Counted from the stretch's first letter, positions 1 through 9,833 are shown. The stretch: DNA of 64,000 nucleotides from an uncultured Lachnospiraceae bacterium (GCA_904395885.1 CAJFOF010000061.1:22541-86540), one strand, 5' to 3'. Notes: generated from the sequence alone by a model not told the origin. A program made the numbers and translations.

Positions 1-870
1 TTTGGCATCCGAGTTGACGGAATTAACCCCAACGGCATATTCCCAAGACGCAACAGGGGTTAATTTTGCTGTCTTCAGATTCAGATTGTAAAATTCAGGA
101 TATTGGCTCCAGCCGTAGCGCTTGTTGTCACTGACGGTAATCAGGGCTTCTTCATCGCTTAAAAATTCCAGCGTGTCGCCGGTGCGGATGGAATCCTTTT
201 CGATCAGGATCCGCATGTCCCCAGTCTTCCAATTGTAAAGGCGCACCTCATTCCAGTTATAGCGGTGCTCTCTCCATTCCATACCGGAGATCAGAAGCAT
301 GTCGCCCCGCCTCCGGTATGTACTGATATCAAACCACTCTCCTGTCAGAGGCAAGAGCCGCTTTTTCTCTTCAGATGCAGGGTCAAAGAGAAAAAGCCTG
401 CTGCGGATCCCGTAGGTGAAACTCTGACCGTTGCTCCAGAAGGGGGCTTCTTCGATGACTTCACAGTTTTCTGATTTTGGCCCTCCGTTCTGCCATCTGG
501 CCAGCACTAGGTACCTGCCGTCCTCCATCTGCTCCAGCTTTCCTACAGGGAAAGGAAGAGTGAAGGCTGCCAGAGCCTCGCCGCCTGCAGGATCGATCTC
601 ATAGAAGGCGGTTTCATTTCCTGTTTTCTTCTTTGCCGGAAACAGCAGGGTATTTTTATTTGTCCAAAAATAGCTTTTGACATCGCCCCTCCTGGTCAGC
701 CTTCTGACCTGGCCGGAGTCTGGCTCAAAAATCCAGAGGTCGCCGGCGTAGCTGTTGGCCTGATAATTCCCCTGCTGGACGATGAATGCGATCATGGATC
801 CATCCGGTGAAAAGCCGGGACTGCTCACAAAATGAAGCTCAAAAAGGCTTTTAATCGTAATTTTTTCCAT
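1..870 (-). CDS. S9 family serine peptidase (prolyl oligopeptidase / acylaminoacyl-peptidase type), N-terminal beta-propeller part; the 3' end runs off the window
   Basis: Not in the ORF track because it is open to the window edge. My own minus-strand translation from the ATG at 870-868 (AGGAGA upstream) gives MEKITIKSLFELHFVSSPGFSPDGSMIAFIVQQ...DLWIFEPDSGQVRRLT. This is the typical propeller start of S9 peptidases. No stop occurs down to position 1. Confidence 0.7.
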   Translation of the reverse strand, partial: MEKITIKSLFELHFVSSPGFSPDGSMIAFIVQQGNYQANSYAGDLWIFEPDSGQVRRLTRRGDVKSYFWTNKNTLLFPAKKKTGNETAFYEIDPAGGEALAAFTLPFPVGKLEQMEDGRYLVLARWQNGGPKSENCEVIEEAPFWSNGQSFTYGIRSRLFLFDPASEEKKRLLPLTGEWFDISTYRRRGDMLLISGMEWREHRYNWNEVRLYNWKTGDMRILIEKDSIRTGDTLEFLSDEEALITVSDNKRYGWSQYPEFYNLNLKTAKLTPVASWEYAVGVNSVNSDAK

Positions 871-903
871 AGTTTTTCTCCTGAATGATAAAGCATAAAG
901 ACA

Positions 904-1839
904 TTAGCGTTTCCGGGCTGTAAACCGGTTATCCTCTTCCCCTGCCCGGTATGACATGCTGATTCCAATCATCCCTGCCAGAATCAGCACAGTTCCCAGC
1001 ATTTCCTGCAGATAAAACGTTTCTCTCAGTATCACAACGCCGGACACGATCCCGATCACAGTGCTGAAGGAACAGGTGGCGGCGTACACTGCTGCCGGAA
1101 GATTGGCTGCTGCATAGGTCATCAGCAGAAACGCGCCCACGCAGGAACCGATGCCCATGTAGAGGACAGAGACTACAAATTGGCGGTCAGACAATACCGC
1201 GAAATACTGTGAGGCGGAAATGCCCGCCGCCGTGCTGTGCAGAAATGATGCTGCGGTAAACCCAAGCGCTCCCATGCCTGTAGTGACATAGACAATTTCG
1301 AAAGAGGTGAAATGGGCGGATGCCCGGCGAACCAGGACTCTTCCCAGAGCGATCACCGTCATGGAGGCCATAACCAGGAAAAATCCTGGGGCCGATATTC
1401 CGCCGCCTGCCCCCGCCGCGTTGGCCGCAAAAATGCCGCATACCGTCACCAAAAGGAACAGCACCTGACGCCTGGTAGGGTATTCCCGGTTGATCACAAC
1501 GGAAAAGAACAGCATCAGCGCCGGGACAATACTGCTGTACATAGAAAGCTGCGAGGTGGGGGCGTAAATGGTGGAGGTGGTTTCCAGCACCTGGCTGATT
1601 AGAGGATTGATCACACCACACAGCACCACCAGACAGACGGGACGGTTCCGATAATGGACTTTTTGCAGCCCCAAAAGGAGCAGGATGGTCATCACCAGAA
1701 ATCCCAGGCCAAAACGGAAGGAAAGGAATTTTATAGTATCCTGCCCTAGGGCATCCATTCCCAGTTTGATAAAGAGATAGGCAAAGCCAAATAATATCTG
1801 GGATGCGATATTCGCAAAAAGAGGCAGGTATTGTTTCAT
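904..1839 (-). CDS. DMT superfamily (EamA-like) transporter, about 10 TM helices
   Basis: 311 aa, very hydrophobic, with two EamA-like halves. The start overlaps the stop of the upstream ABC ATPase gene by 4 nt (ATGA). Confidence 0.75.
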   Translation of the reverse strand: MKQYLPLFANIASQILFGFAYLFIKLGMDALGQDTIKFLSFRFGLGFLVMTILLLLGLQKVHYRNRPVCLVVLCGVINPLISQVLETTSTIYAPTSQLSMYSSIVPALMLFFSVVINREYPTRRQVLFLLVTVCGIFAANAAGAGGGISAPGFFLVMASMTVIALGRVLVRRASAHFTSFEIVYVTTGMGALGFTAASFLHSTAAGISASQYFAVLSDRQFVVSVLYMGIGSCVGAFLLMTYAAANLPAAVYAATCSFSTVIGIVSGVVILRETFYLQEMLGTVLILAGMIGISMSYRAGEEDNRFTARKR

Positions 1840-2837
1840 TTTTCTGCCATGCCTCCCTTTAATGGATGATGACAGGCCACGAAATGTCCTGGCTGCAGTT
1901 CTTTTAGATGAGGACAGATGGTTCTGCAGGTATCATCCGCATAGGGACATCTGGGGTGGAAATGGCAGCCTGATGGTGGGTCCAGGGCGTTGGGAATATC
2001 TCCCTTCAGAATGTCGCGGTTCTCCTCCTGTTTACGCAGATCCGGATCTGGCAGAGGGATTGCCTCTAAAAGCCCTTCCGTATAAGGGTGCATCGGCTGA
2101 GCAAACAGAGATTCTTTGTCAGCCAGTTCGACGATCTGCCCCAGATACATCACGGCGATCCGGTCGCTGATATGTTTTACGGTGGGAAGACCATGGGCAA
2201 TAAAAATGTAGGTCAGCCCGTAGGTCCTCTGCAGCTCCTTCAGAAGGTTTAATATTTGCGCCTGGATGGATACGTCCAGAGCAGATACCGGTTCATCACA
2301 GATTACCAGCTTGGGCTGAAGGGCCAAAGCTCTGGCGATGCCGATCCTCTGCCGCTGGCCGCCGGAAAATTCATGAGGAAACCTAGAAGCGTATGATTCA
2401 TCCAACCCTACATTGTGCATCAATTCAAGAACCTTTTCATGGAGTTCCTTGCCGGAAGCAATGTGGTGGGTCTTTAACGGCTCTGCAATAATCTCTTCTA
2501 CCCGCATTCTGGGATTTAAAGAGGAATAGGGATCCTGAAAGATCATCTGGATATCTTTCCGATATTTGATCAGCTCCTTGCGGCTCAGCTTTGCCAGATC
2601 CTGTCCTTCAAACAAAACCTGCCCTTCTGTCGGCTTTAAGAGGCGGATAATGGTATTTCCCAGGGTGGATTTTCCACAGCCAGACTCGCCGACGATCCCC
2701 AGAGTCTCTCCCTGGCGAATAGAGAAGCTCACATCATCAACTGCTTTTAGATACCTTGGTTTTCCACCAATCTTCTCTGCTTTGACTTTAAAATAGGTTT
2801 TCAGATTTTTTACTTCCAGCAGTTTTCCATCAGCCAT
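1836..2837 (-). CDS. Oligopeptide/dipeptide ABC transporter ATP-binding protein (OppF/DppF type)
   Basis: Walker A GESGCGKST, signature FSGGQRQR, Walker B LVICDEP, and a Cys-rich oligopeptide C-terminal domain (CHFHPRCPYADDTCRTIC). The start is placed at MADGKLLEV (ATG 2837-2835), which has GGAGGTG upstream. Confidence 0.9.
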   Translation of the reverse strand: MADGKLLEVKNLKTYFKVKAEKIGGKPRYLKAVDDVSFSIRQGETLGIVGESGCGKSTLGNTIIRLLKPTEGQVLFEGQDLAKLSRKELIKYRKDIQMIFQDPYSSLNPRMRVEEIIAEPLKTHHIASGKELHEKVLELMHNVGLDESYASRFPHEFSGGQRQRIGIARALALQPKLVICDEPVSALDVSIQAQILNLLKELQRTYGLTYIFIAHGLPTVKHISDRIAVMYLGQIVELADKESLFAQPMHPYTEGLLEAIPLPDPDLRKQEENRDILKGDIPNALDPPSGCHFHPRCPYADDTCRTICPHLKELQPGHFVACHHPLKGGMAEK

Positions 2838-3825
2838 TTTGTTCACCTCCCAGTTCATTCCAATGGAGACATCTTACATAGCGGTTTTCCGTAACTGTGT
2901 TGAGTTCAGGCATATTTTTCCTGCAATCCTCCCTGGCGTACGGACAGCGGGGGTGGAAACGGCAACCCTCTGGCATGGAAGACAGATTGGGGACAACGCC
3001 GTTGATGGTACCAAGTATCTCATCCGACTGGTTAATCTTGATAGTGCTGCTCATCAGTCCCTGTGTATAGGGATGGAGCGGCTGGCGGAACAGACTAAAT
3101 ACTTCTCCCTGTTCTACGATCTGTCCGGCATACATGACGATCACCCGGTCTGCAATCTCTGCCACCACGCCGAGATCATGAGTGATAAACAGGATAGACG
3201 CACTGTATTCTTTCATAAGCTGGCGCATCAGCCTCAGGATCTGAGCCTGGATGGTCACATCCAGAGCGGTGGTGGGCTCGTCTGCGATCAGAAGCGTGGG
3301 ATTGTTGGCCATAGCGATGGCGATCATGACTCTCTGGCGCATCCCACCGCTGAGCGCATTGGGGTATTCCTTGAGAATAGACTCAGGACGCGGAATTTCC
3401 ACCTTCTTCAAGAGGTCAATCGCTCTCTCCTTGGCTTCTTTTTTGCCGATTTGATTGTGGATGCGGATGGTTTCTGTAAGTTGATACCCGATAGTAAACA
3501 GAGGGTTTAAACTGGTAAGGGGTTCCTGAAAGATCATCGCCATATCTTTGCCCCGCAGCTTTCTAAGCTCGTCCGGACTCATGGCAGTCAGCTCCTGCCC
3601 TCCCAGGGAGATAGATCCGGCCTCCACTTGACAGTTTCTCGGCGTAAGGCCCATGATGGAGAGAGAGGTAATACTTTTGCCGCAGCCCGACTCCCCTACC
3701 AGAGCGACCAGCTCGCCCTTTCCGATCTCAAAGGATACATCCTTTACAGCCTGGATCCGTCCATTTTCTGTTTTGAAATACACATTCAAATTTTCTATTT
3801 TCAGTAAAGTTTCCCGATTTTCCAT
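2830..3825 (-). CDS. Oligopeptide/dipeptide ABC transporter ATP-binding protein (OppD/DppD type)
   Basis: Walker A GESGCGKS, signature LSGGMRQR, Walker B LLIADEPTTALD, C-terminal CRFHPRCPYAREDC motif. Confidence 0.9.
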   Translation of the reverse strand: MENRETLLKIENLNVYFKTENGRIQAVKDVSFEIGKGELVALVGESGCGKSITSLSIMGLTPRNCQVEAGSISLGGQELTAMSPDELRKLRGKDMAMIFQEPLTSLNPLFTIGYQLTETIRIHNQIGKKEAKERAIDLLKKVEIPRPESILKEYPNALSGGMRQRVMIAIAMANNPTLLIADEPTTALDVTIQAQILRLMRQLMKEYSASILFITHDLGVVAEIADRVIVMYAGQIVEQGEVFSLFRQPLHPYTQGLMSSTIKINQSDEILGTINGVVPNLSSMPEGCRFHPRCPYAREDCRKNMPELNTVTENRYVRCLHWNELGGEQNG

Positions 3826-3861
3826 AGTTTATCCTAGCCTTTCAAGTGTACTCTATTTGGG

Positions 3862-4740
3862 TCACAGGCCCTGATTGTGGGGATCCAGGTAATCTCTCAG
3901 CCAGTTTCCAAGGAACATAATCCCAAGTACAGTAAGTGTCAGGGTGATGCCAGGCAGTGTGGCCACCCACCAGTCTGTGTCCAGATAGTTTCTGCCGGCA
4001 GAAAGCATGCCGCCCCAGGAGACATTTGGGGGCTGGATTCCGAGACCCAGAAAGCTCAGGCTAGTCTCGGCGATAATGCTGGTGGCCACTGCCAGGGTGG
4101 AAACCACGATAAATACAGAAAATACGTTGGGGAGGATATGTTTTAATATAATTTTATAATCCGGTGTGCCGATGGTGATGGAGGCTTTCACAAATTCTCT
4201 CTCTTTGAGAACCAGAACCTCGCTACGGATCAGACGTGCATAATTGACCCAGCCTGTCACGCCAATTACTATAATTAAAGTCGTAACGCTGGCCTGCATC
4301 AGACTGACTGCCACCAGAGCTAGAAGAGTTCTGGGAATGGCATGGAAAGCGTCGGTGATTCTCATAATGATGGAGTCACAGATGCCGCCATAATATCCAG
4401 CAATCAGTCCAAAAGCTGTTCCGATAAAACCTGCGACAAACACGCTGAACACACCGATTAGCATGGATATACGGGCACCGTAGATGAGACGGCTTAAAAT
4501 ATCATGTCCTAAGTTATCGGTTCCCAGTAGGAACTGAATGTCTCCACCCTCCACAAAAGCAGGCGGCTTTAACATATACAAAGGATTGATGGCATTGGGA
4601 TCATAGGGGGCAATATAAGGCGCAAACACAGCGCAGAACATTACAACTGCCACGATGATAAACCCTACCATTCCTGTTTTACTTCTCCAGAGGGACCGCA
4701 GCCAGCGCGGCGCTCTCCTTCTTTTTGCTGTCGTTTTCAT
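3862..4740 (-). CDS. Peptide ABC transporter permease (OppC/DppC type)
   Basis: 292 aa, 6 TM helices, BPD_transp_1-type EAA loop region (SFLGLGIQPP), N-terminal OppC-like segment. Confidence 0.88.
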   Translation of the reverse strand: MKTTAKRRRAPRWLRSLWRSKTGMVGFIIVAVVMFCAVFAPYIAPYDPNAINPLYMLKPPAFVEGGDIQFLLGTDNLGHDILSRLIYGARISMLIGVFSVFVAGFIGTAFGLIAGYYGGICDSIIMRITDAFHAIPRTLLALVAVSLMQASVTTLIIVIGVTGWVNYARLIRSEVLVLKEREFVKASITIGTPDYKIILKHILPNVFSVFIVVSTLAVATSIIAETSLSFLGLGIQPPNVSWGGMLSAGRNYLDTDWWVATLPGITLTLTVLGIMFLGNWLRDYLDPHNQGL

Positions 4741-4753
4741 CTTTTCTGCTCCT

Positions 4754-5677
4754 TTACTGGTATTTAATTCGCGGGTCGATCAGGCAGTACACCAGGTCTG
4801 CAATCAGATTCGCCACCAGAGTGATGATCGAAATCAGGAAAATACATACCTGAACGATACTCATATCCCGGTTATTAATTGCCTGGATCAAAAACTGTCC
4901 CAATCCGGGCCAGGCAAAGACGGTCTCCACGATGAGCGCTCCGCCTACCAGACCGGGAATCTGCAGTGCAACGATGGTGACGACCGGTACCAGGGCATTT
5001 TTAAATGCGTGGATACAGATGACGAAAATTTCCCGGAGGCCTTTGCTCCGGGCAGTCCGGATATAATCCTCGTGCATAATGGACAGCATGTTAGAGCGGA
5101 TCAGCGGAATAATGGGTGCCGCCGTCTGCACAGCCAGGGTTGCAGCCGGGAGTATAATGTGGGCAGGAGTCCCGCTTCCGGAAACAGGAAGTACCCGGAG
5201 ATTGACAGAAAAAAGCAAAATCAGCAGAATACCTACCCAGAAACTGGGCATTGCGCGACCGAGAACAGACAAGCCGCTGATCAGTAGATCAAAGGGTGTA
5301 CCTGAAAACTGAGCGCTGAGAATCCCCATAGGGATGGCGAACAAAATGGCAAACAGCAGAGACACGCCTGCGAGCTGCACGGAGACAGGAATCCTGGCCA
5401 GCGCCAGATCTAAAGCAGGCTGATTAAAGCGGTAGGAATTGCCGAAATCGCCCTTTAGCACATTTTTCATAAAATCAAAATACTGGATATACAGAGGCCG
5501 ATTCAGCCCCATGGCCTCCCGCAGCCGCTCCCTGTCTTCTGGAGTTGCATCAAGTGGCAGAAGATTTACTGTAGGATCACCTGCCACATTGACCAGAAAA
5601 AATACGACCATTGTAATGATGATCAAAACTGGGATCACTTGCAGCAGACGCCTGACCAGATACCGTTCCATTGTCAT
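4754..5677 (-). CDS. Peptide ABC transporter permease (OppB/DppB type)
   Basis: 307 aa. The N-terminus MERYLVRRLLQVIPVLIIIT and the motif RTARSKGL are typical of OppB/DppB permeases. Confidence 0.88.
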   Translation of the reverse strand: MTMERYLVRRLLQVIPVLIIITMVVFFLVNVAGDPTVNLLPLDATPEDRERLREAMGLNRPLYIQYFDFMKNVLKGDFGNSYRFNQPALDLALARIPVSVQLAGVSLLFAILFAIPMGILSAQFSGTPFDLLISGLSVLGRAMPSFWVGILLILLFSVNLRVLPVSGSGTPAHIILPAATLAVQTAAPIIPLIRSNMLSIMHEDYIRTARSKGLREIFVICIHAFKNALVPVVTIVALQIPGLVGGALIVETVFAWPGLGQFLIQAINNRDMSIVQVCIFLISIITLVANLIADLVYCLIDPRIKYQ

Positions 5678-5690
5678 TCCTCCTAATCTG

Positions 5691-5725
5691 ATAGCAAAAG
5701 GAGGCTGTCAGGATACAACAGCCTC
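5691..5725 (-). terminator. Intra-operon hairpin (partial terminator/attenuator) between the binding-protein gene and the permease genes
   Basis: GAGGCTGT (5701-5708) pairs with ACAGCCTC (5718-5725). On the minus strand it is followed by CTTTTG. Confidence 0.4.
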
Positions 5726-5789
5726 TTGCGAATGTCCTTTATTTTCAGCGGCTTTGCCGCTATTTGGTCGCTCTGATGAGCCGTTATAC

Positions 5790-7418
5790 TTATTGCGCTA
5801 CCCCAATCTCATCAGGAAGGATCGTGCTGTCCATCTGAGGCGAGAAGGTAAAGCGGTTGTTTACACCAAAAATAGCTTTTAACTGTGCGATAGCGATCTG
5901 GGGACGTTCTTCCGCACAAATTTGCTGAATCTGTTTGGAAAGCTCATATTTTTTCGTCTCATCCATTTCGCTGCGTGTCTGTTCATATAATTCAACAGCT
6001 GTTGGATTATTCCAGTCACTCATTCCCTCTGTACGAACTGGATCGCAGAATTGAGCCAGCGGATAGCAGCCATCGTACTGTCCATCAGACAGGGCAACCA
6101 GGAACGCATCTTTAATATTCTTTTCAGAGAACATGTTGCTGAGAACATTGCTGTCTACAACCTCAAGGTTTACATGAATACCGATTGCCTCAATGTAAGC
6201 AGCGATCATCTGTGCAATTTCATTGTCCATCAGATAACGATTGTTAGAACCGGTCAGTTCCAAAGTAAGCTGACCTTCTTGGTAACCAGCGTCAGTCAGG
6301 ATCTGCTTTGCTTTCTCAGGATCATAAAGATTTCCATTTTCAGTTCCAAAGAGACTCTCATCATGGCCAGGAACAGAAGACGCAATACGGGTACGGGTCG
6401 GCGTGCCAGCACCCTGCAGAAGCTGATCGCAGATAGCCTGTTTGTCGATGGCCAGCTCAATAGCCTCACGGACTGCAGGATCGCTGCATACCCGTCCATC
6501 GGTCAGCTTTAAAATCATCAGGAGTACCGATGAGGTTTCCCCATAAACCAGAGAGGTTCCGTCTCCTTCAGTATTGCCGGAGACACGTTCCCACTCATTG
6601 ACTGGAACATTAGAAATGATATCGACACCGCCGGTCATCAGCTCCGCCACGCGGGTAGAGGATTCTGGGATAATCCGGTATGTAACTTCTTCCCAGGTGG
6701 CCGGTTCCCCATAGTAATCAGGATTGGGAATCAGCGTGTAGTGATCGTCAGGAATCCACTCTTTTAGCTGATATTTTCCAGAAGTTACCGGAGATTGGAT
6801 ATAGGCTTCAATACCGTTTTCTTCAACCCAGTTTTTAGGCATGATCGTGGAACTTCCCATGGCCAGCAGACTCAGCATATCCGGTCTGGGAGAAGTTGTT
6901 ACCACATCCACTGTATATTCGTCGACCACATCTACATGGTCGATGCAGTTAAAGTAATGGTTGGCAACCAGGGACGCGTCTTTGGCAACCCGCTCTAAAC
7001 TAAATTTAACATCATCGGCAGTCATGTGATCTCCGTTGATAAAATTAATGTCATCCCGGAGGGTAAAGCGCCAGGTCAGATCATCAATCTGCTCGTACCC
7101 GGTAGCCGCATCACCGACCAACTCAAAATTTTCGTCCCGTTTGTAGAGCTGTGTTCCGACACTCTTAAAGAAATCGCCGGTGCTGGTGCTCATCTGATCC
7201 ATGGGATCCAGGGTGGCCAGATCGGCCGGCATGCCGATCACGACTGAAGTCGGCGCTTCTGCCTGACTGGTCTCCTCAGCGGCAGATGCTGTCTCGGACG
7301 CTTGAGCTGCTGTTGTCTCTGTAGATGTAGAAGAACCGCTGCTGCAGGCGGTAAGTCCTACCATCGCACAGGTCAGAAGAGCTGCTGTCAACCTGTTGAA
7401 TTGTTTTCCTTTTCTCAT
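5790..7418 (-). CDS. ABC transporter substrate-binding lipoprotein, family 5 (peptide/nickel binding, OppA/DppA-like)
   Basis: 542 aa. It has a signal peptide with lipobox LTAC followed by a Ser/Thr/Ala-rich linker, and SBP_bac_5-like length and composition. It heads the permease/ATPase genes. Confidence 0.85.
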   Translation of the reverse strand: MRKGKQFNRLTAALLTCAMVGLTACSSGSSTSTETTAAQASETASAAEETSQAEAPTSVVIGMPADLATLDPMDQMSTSTGDFFKSVGTQLYKRDENFELVGDAATGYEQIDDLTWRFTLRDDINFINGDHMTADDVKFSLERVAKDASLVANHYFNCIDHVDVVDEYTVDVVTTSPRPDMLSLLAMGSSTIMPKNWVEENGIEAYIQSPVTSGKYQLKEWIPDDHYTLIPNPDYYGEPATWEEVTYRIIPESSTRVAELMTGGVDIISNVPVNEWERVSGNTEGDGTSLVYGETSSVLLMILKLTDGRVCSDPAVREAIELAIDKQAICDQLLQGAGTPTRTRIASSVPGHDESLFGTENGNLYDPEKAKQILTDAGYQEGQLTLELTGSNNRYLMDNEIAQMIAAYIEAIGIHVNLEVVDSNVLSNMFSEKNIKDAFLVALSDGQYDGCYPLAQFCDPVRTEGMSDWNNPTAVELYEQTRSEMDETKKYELSKQIQQICAEERPQIAIAQLKAIFGVNNRFTFSPQMDSTILPDEIGVAQ

Positions 7419-7481
7419 AATAGTCTCTCCTCTCCCATCATTTTTCCGCCGCTGTTTGGAGGGCGGCTGTGGAAACTATAC

Positions 7482-7551
7482 TTAGGAGTAGATACAAAAA
7501 AAGCACAAAGACCCTTTCATTGCACGCCTTTGTGCTTTCTACTACTCCTAA
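7482..7551 (-). terminator. Long bipartite hairpin, a rho-independent terminator downstream of the MarR gene
   Basis: Inner stem AAAGCACAAAG (7500-7510) pairs with CTTTGTGCTTT (7528-7538). Outer stem TTAGGAGTAG (7482-7491) pairs with CTACTCCTAA (7542-7551). On the minus strand the inner stem is followed by TTTTTTG. Confidence 0.6.
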
Positions 7552-7674
7552 ATGTACTTTACCACATCAACGTAGTAATGATTAGTTCTTTAACACAGTA
7601 TACCGACATAGATTCCAATTGTCAACCCATTTTTATATATTTTCTTCGATTTGTATGAATATTCATCTGGCTCC

Positions 7675-8256
7675 CTATTCCGGAATCAGATCTTGCCAGC
7701 CTCCGCTGGGCTGCTGCAGTGCAGTCTGGGTGTAGATGTCCATGACGCGGTAAAAGGTGTTCAGCTCTTCCAGCGTGCAGCCATTTTTTAGGAGATGCTC
7801 AATAATCGAATTTTTGTCTTTCTCTTTATTTTTGACGATCCGCTCCCACAGCCGGGTCCCGGCTTCCGTGGGGTACAGAAGGATTTTCTTTTGATTTTCG
7901 GGGGAAGGCTGAGTCTCAATCATTCCTTTCTGCTTCAGCTTTTTGATGCTCTGGGATAAGGCACTGCGGGTTCTTTTCCATTTTCTGGAAAGTTGTGCTG
8001 CGGTGATTCCGGGTGATCTTACCACTTCCATTACGATAGAAGCCTCTACAATCGTCAGCATAATGCCTGGTTCATATTCCTTTGGAATGTTGATCATGGC
8101 GCTGCAGACCATCACGAAATCATAAACCATCCCTACGCGGTAGTTGGAATGGTAAAGGAGGTAATCCATAACCTCCCGCATATCCAGGTCGCCAGAATCT
8201 GCTTGGGAAGCAATCTGTTTGTCCATATCCGGTGCTTTTTGATCTGTTCTTTTCAT
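7675..8256 (-). CDS. MarR family transcriptional regulator
   Basis: Winged-helix segment TAAQLSRKWKRTRSALSQSIKKLKQKGMIETQPSPENQKKILLYPTEAG. The start is chosen at MKRTDQK (ATG 8256-8254), which has GGAGGA upstream. Confidence 0.8.
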   Translation of the reverse strand: MKRTDQKAPDMDKQIASQADSGDLDMREVMDYLLYHSNYRVGMVYDFVMVCSAMINIPKEYEPGIMLTIVEASIVMEVVRSPGITAAQLSRKWKRTRSALSQSIKKLKQKGMIETQPSPENQKKILLYPTEAGTRLWERIVKNKEKDKNSIIEHLLKNGCTLEELNTFYRVMDIYTQTALQQPSGGWQDLIPE

Positions 8257-8362
8257 ATATCCTCCATATTCTCTGCCATTTCTGCTGCTGCAGTCGGCAT
8301 GATTCATTATTCTTACAATATACCATGCAATTCTGAAAAGTCAAAATATTCTTCTGCAATTA

Positions 8363-8391
8363 TTGACAAGTTTTTTTCCGCGTGCTATGAT
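8363..8391 (+). promoter_or_regulatory. Sigma-A type promoter for the M20 peptidase gene
   Basis: TTGACA (8363-8368), 17 nt spacer, TATGAT (8386-8391), about 60 nt upstream of the start codon. Confidence 0.55.
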
Positions 8392-8453
8392 TTTAAAAAA
8401 TTTATGATTAGCCGCTTAATATAATGGCAGTCTGGGAGTCAGGAGGTTACAGA

Positions 8454-9821
8454 ATGAGAGATTTACAAAAGATTTATGACTATGTGGATGCCCATGCTCA
8501 GGAATATATCGAATTGCTCCAGAAATTTTGCCGTCAGCCCAGCATTTCAGCTCAAAATATCGGTATGCGGGAGATGGTAAACCTGATTCTGGAAGAGTTG
8601 TCCTCATTGGGTGTCAGCGTGGATGTGGTGGAGACAAGCGGAAACCCGATCATCTACGGCGAGCTTGAGGGATCGAATAAGGAGCGCACACTCTCCTTCT
8701 ATAACCATTATGATGTGCAGCCACCGGAACCTCTTGAGGAATGGGAAAGCGATCCGTTTGCCGCTGAAATCCGAGATGGAAAAATTTATGCCCGGGGAGC
8801 TACCGACAATAAAGGCAGCCTTTTGTGCCGTCTTTGCGCGATCCGGGCCTTCCAGGCAGTCTATGGAGAGCTGCCTCTCCGGATTAAGCTGATATACGAA
8901 GGCGAAGAAGAGATCGGAAGCCCGCACCTGTCAGAATTTGCAGAGAAATATCCAGAACGGTTAAAGACTGATGGCTTTGCATGGGAGGGAGGAACTAAGC
9001 AGATTAATGGCCCCTTGGAGGTCAGCTTTGGAGTAAAGGGGCTTCTCTATATTGAGCTGCGGTGCCGTACCGCAAACAGCGATCTTCATTCCAGTAATGC
9101 GGCTATTGTAAAGAATCCGGCTTGGCGTCTGGTGCAGGCTCTCGCCACTATGAAGGATGAAAACGACCGTATTTTGATCGATGGATTTTACGATAATGTC
9201 AAAGCTCCCACAGACTATGAGATGGAATGCCTGAAGACTTTGGACTACAAAGAGGATGAAGTAAAACAGCGTATGGGTCTGGATGGATTTATCAACGATC
9301 TGACAGGGATTAAACTTTTAGATAAGCTGTACTATCAGCCCACTGCTAATATTGCTGGGTTTAAGGCCGGATATATCGGGGACGGTGCAAAGACAGTAAT
9401 GCCAGGAAATGCTGTAGTTAAGATGGATCTGCGTCTGGTGCCAGATCAGATGCCAGATGAGATCCTGGATAAGGTACGCAAGCACCTGGATAAGCGGGGA
9501 TTTACAGATATAGAGGTGGTACGCCTTTCCGGAGAGCCCCCCTTCCGTGCAAACCCGGAATGCCTCTTTGCCCAGACCGTGGTAAAGTGTGTGAAGCCTG
9601 TCTACGGCATGGATCCTGAGGTGCTGGTCAGCAGTTCAGGCACAACCGCTATGTACCAGTTCTGCCACTCTGCAGGCTTGGATGCTGTTATGTTTGGGGC
9701 GGGAAATGTAGCGTCCAATATTCATGCTCCAAATGAAAATATCATCATCGATGATTATATCCAGGCTATCAAAATGGCAGCTACTGTGATGGAAGAATTT
9801 GCAAACGCAAAAAAAGAATGA
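8454..9821 (+). CDS. M20 family metallopeptidase (dipeptidase / ArgE-DapE-CPG2-like)
   Basis: Contains HYDVQP, GATDNKG and GEEEIGS, the metal-ligand motifs of peptidase family M20. The start is at MRDLQKIYDY, preceded by AGGAGG. Confidence 0.85.
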   Translation: MRDLQKIYDYVDAHAQEYIELLQKFCRQPSISAQNIGMREMVNLILEELSSLGVSVDVVETSGNPIIYGELEGSNKERTLSFYNHYDVQPPEPLEEWESDPFAAEIRDGKIYARGATDNKGSLLCRLCAIRAFQAVYGELPLRIKLIYEGEEEIGSPHLSEFAEKYPERLKTDGFAWEGGTKQINGPLEVSFGVKGLLYIELRCRTANSDLHSSNAAIVKNPAWRLVQALATMKDENDRILIDGFYDNVKAPTDYEMECLKTLDYKEDEVKQRMGLDGFINDLTGIKLLDKLYYQPTANIAGFKAGYIGDGAKTVMPGNAVVKMDLRLVPDQMPDEILDKVRKHLDKRGFTDIEVVRLSGEPPFRANPECLFAQTVVKCVKPVYGMDPEVLVSSSGTTAMYQFCHSAGLDAVMFGAGNVASNIHAPNENIIIDDYIQAIKMAATVMEEFANAKKE

Positions 9822-9833
9822 TTTTTATAAAAA

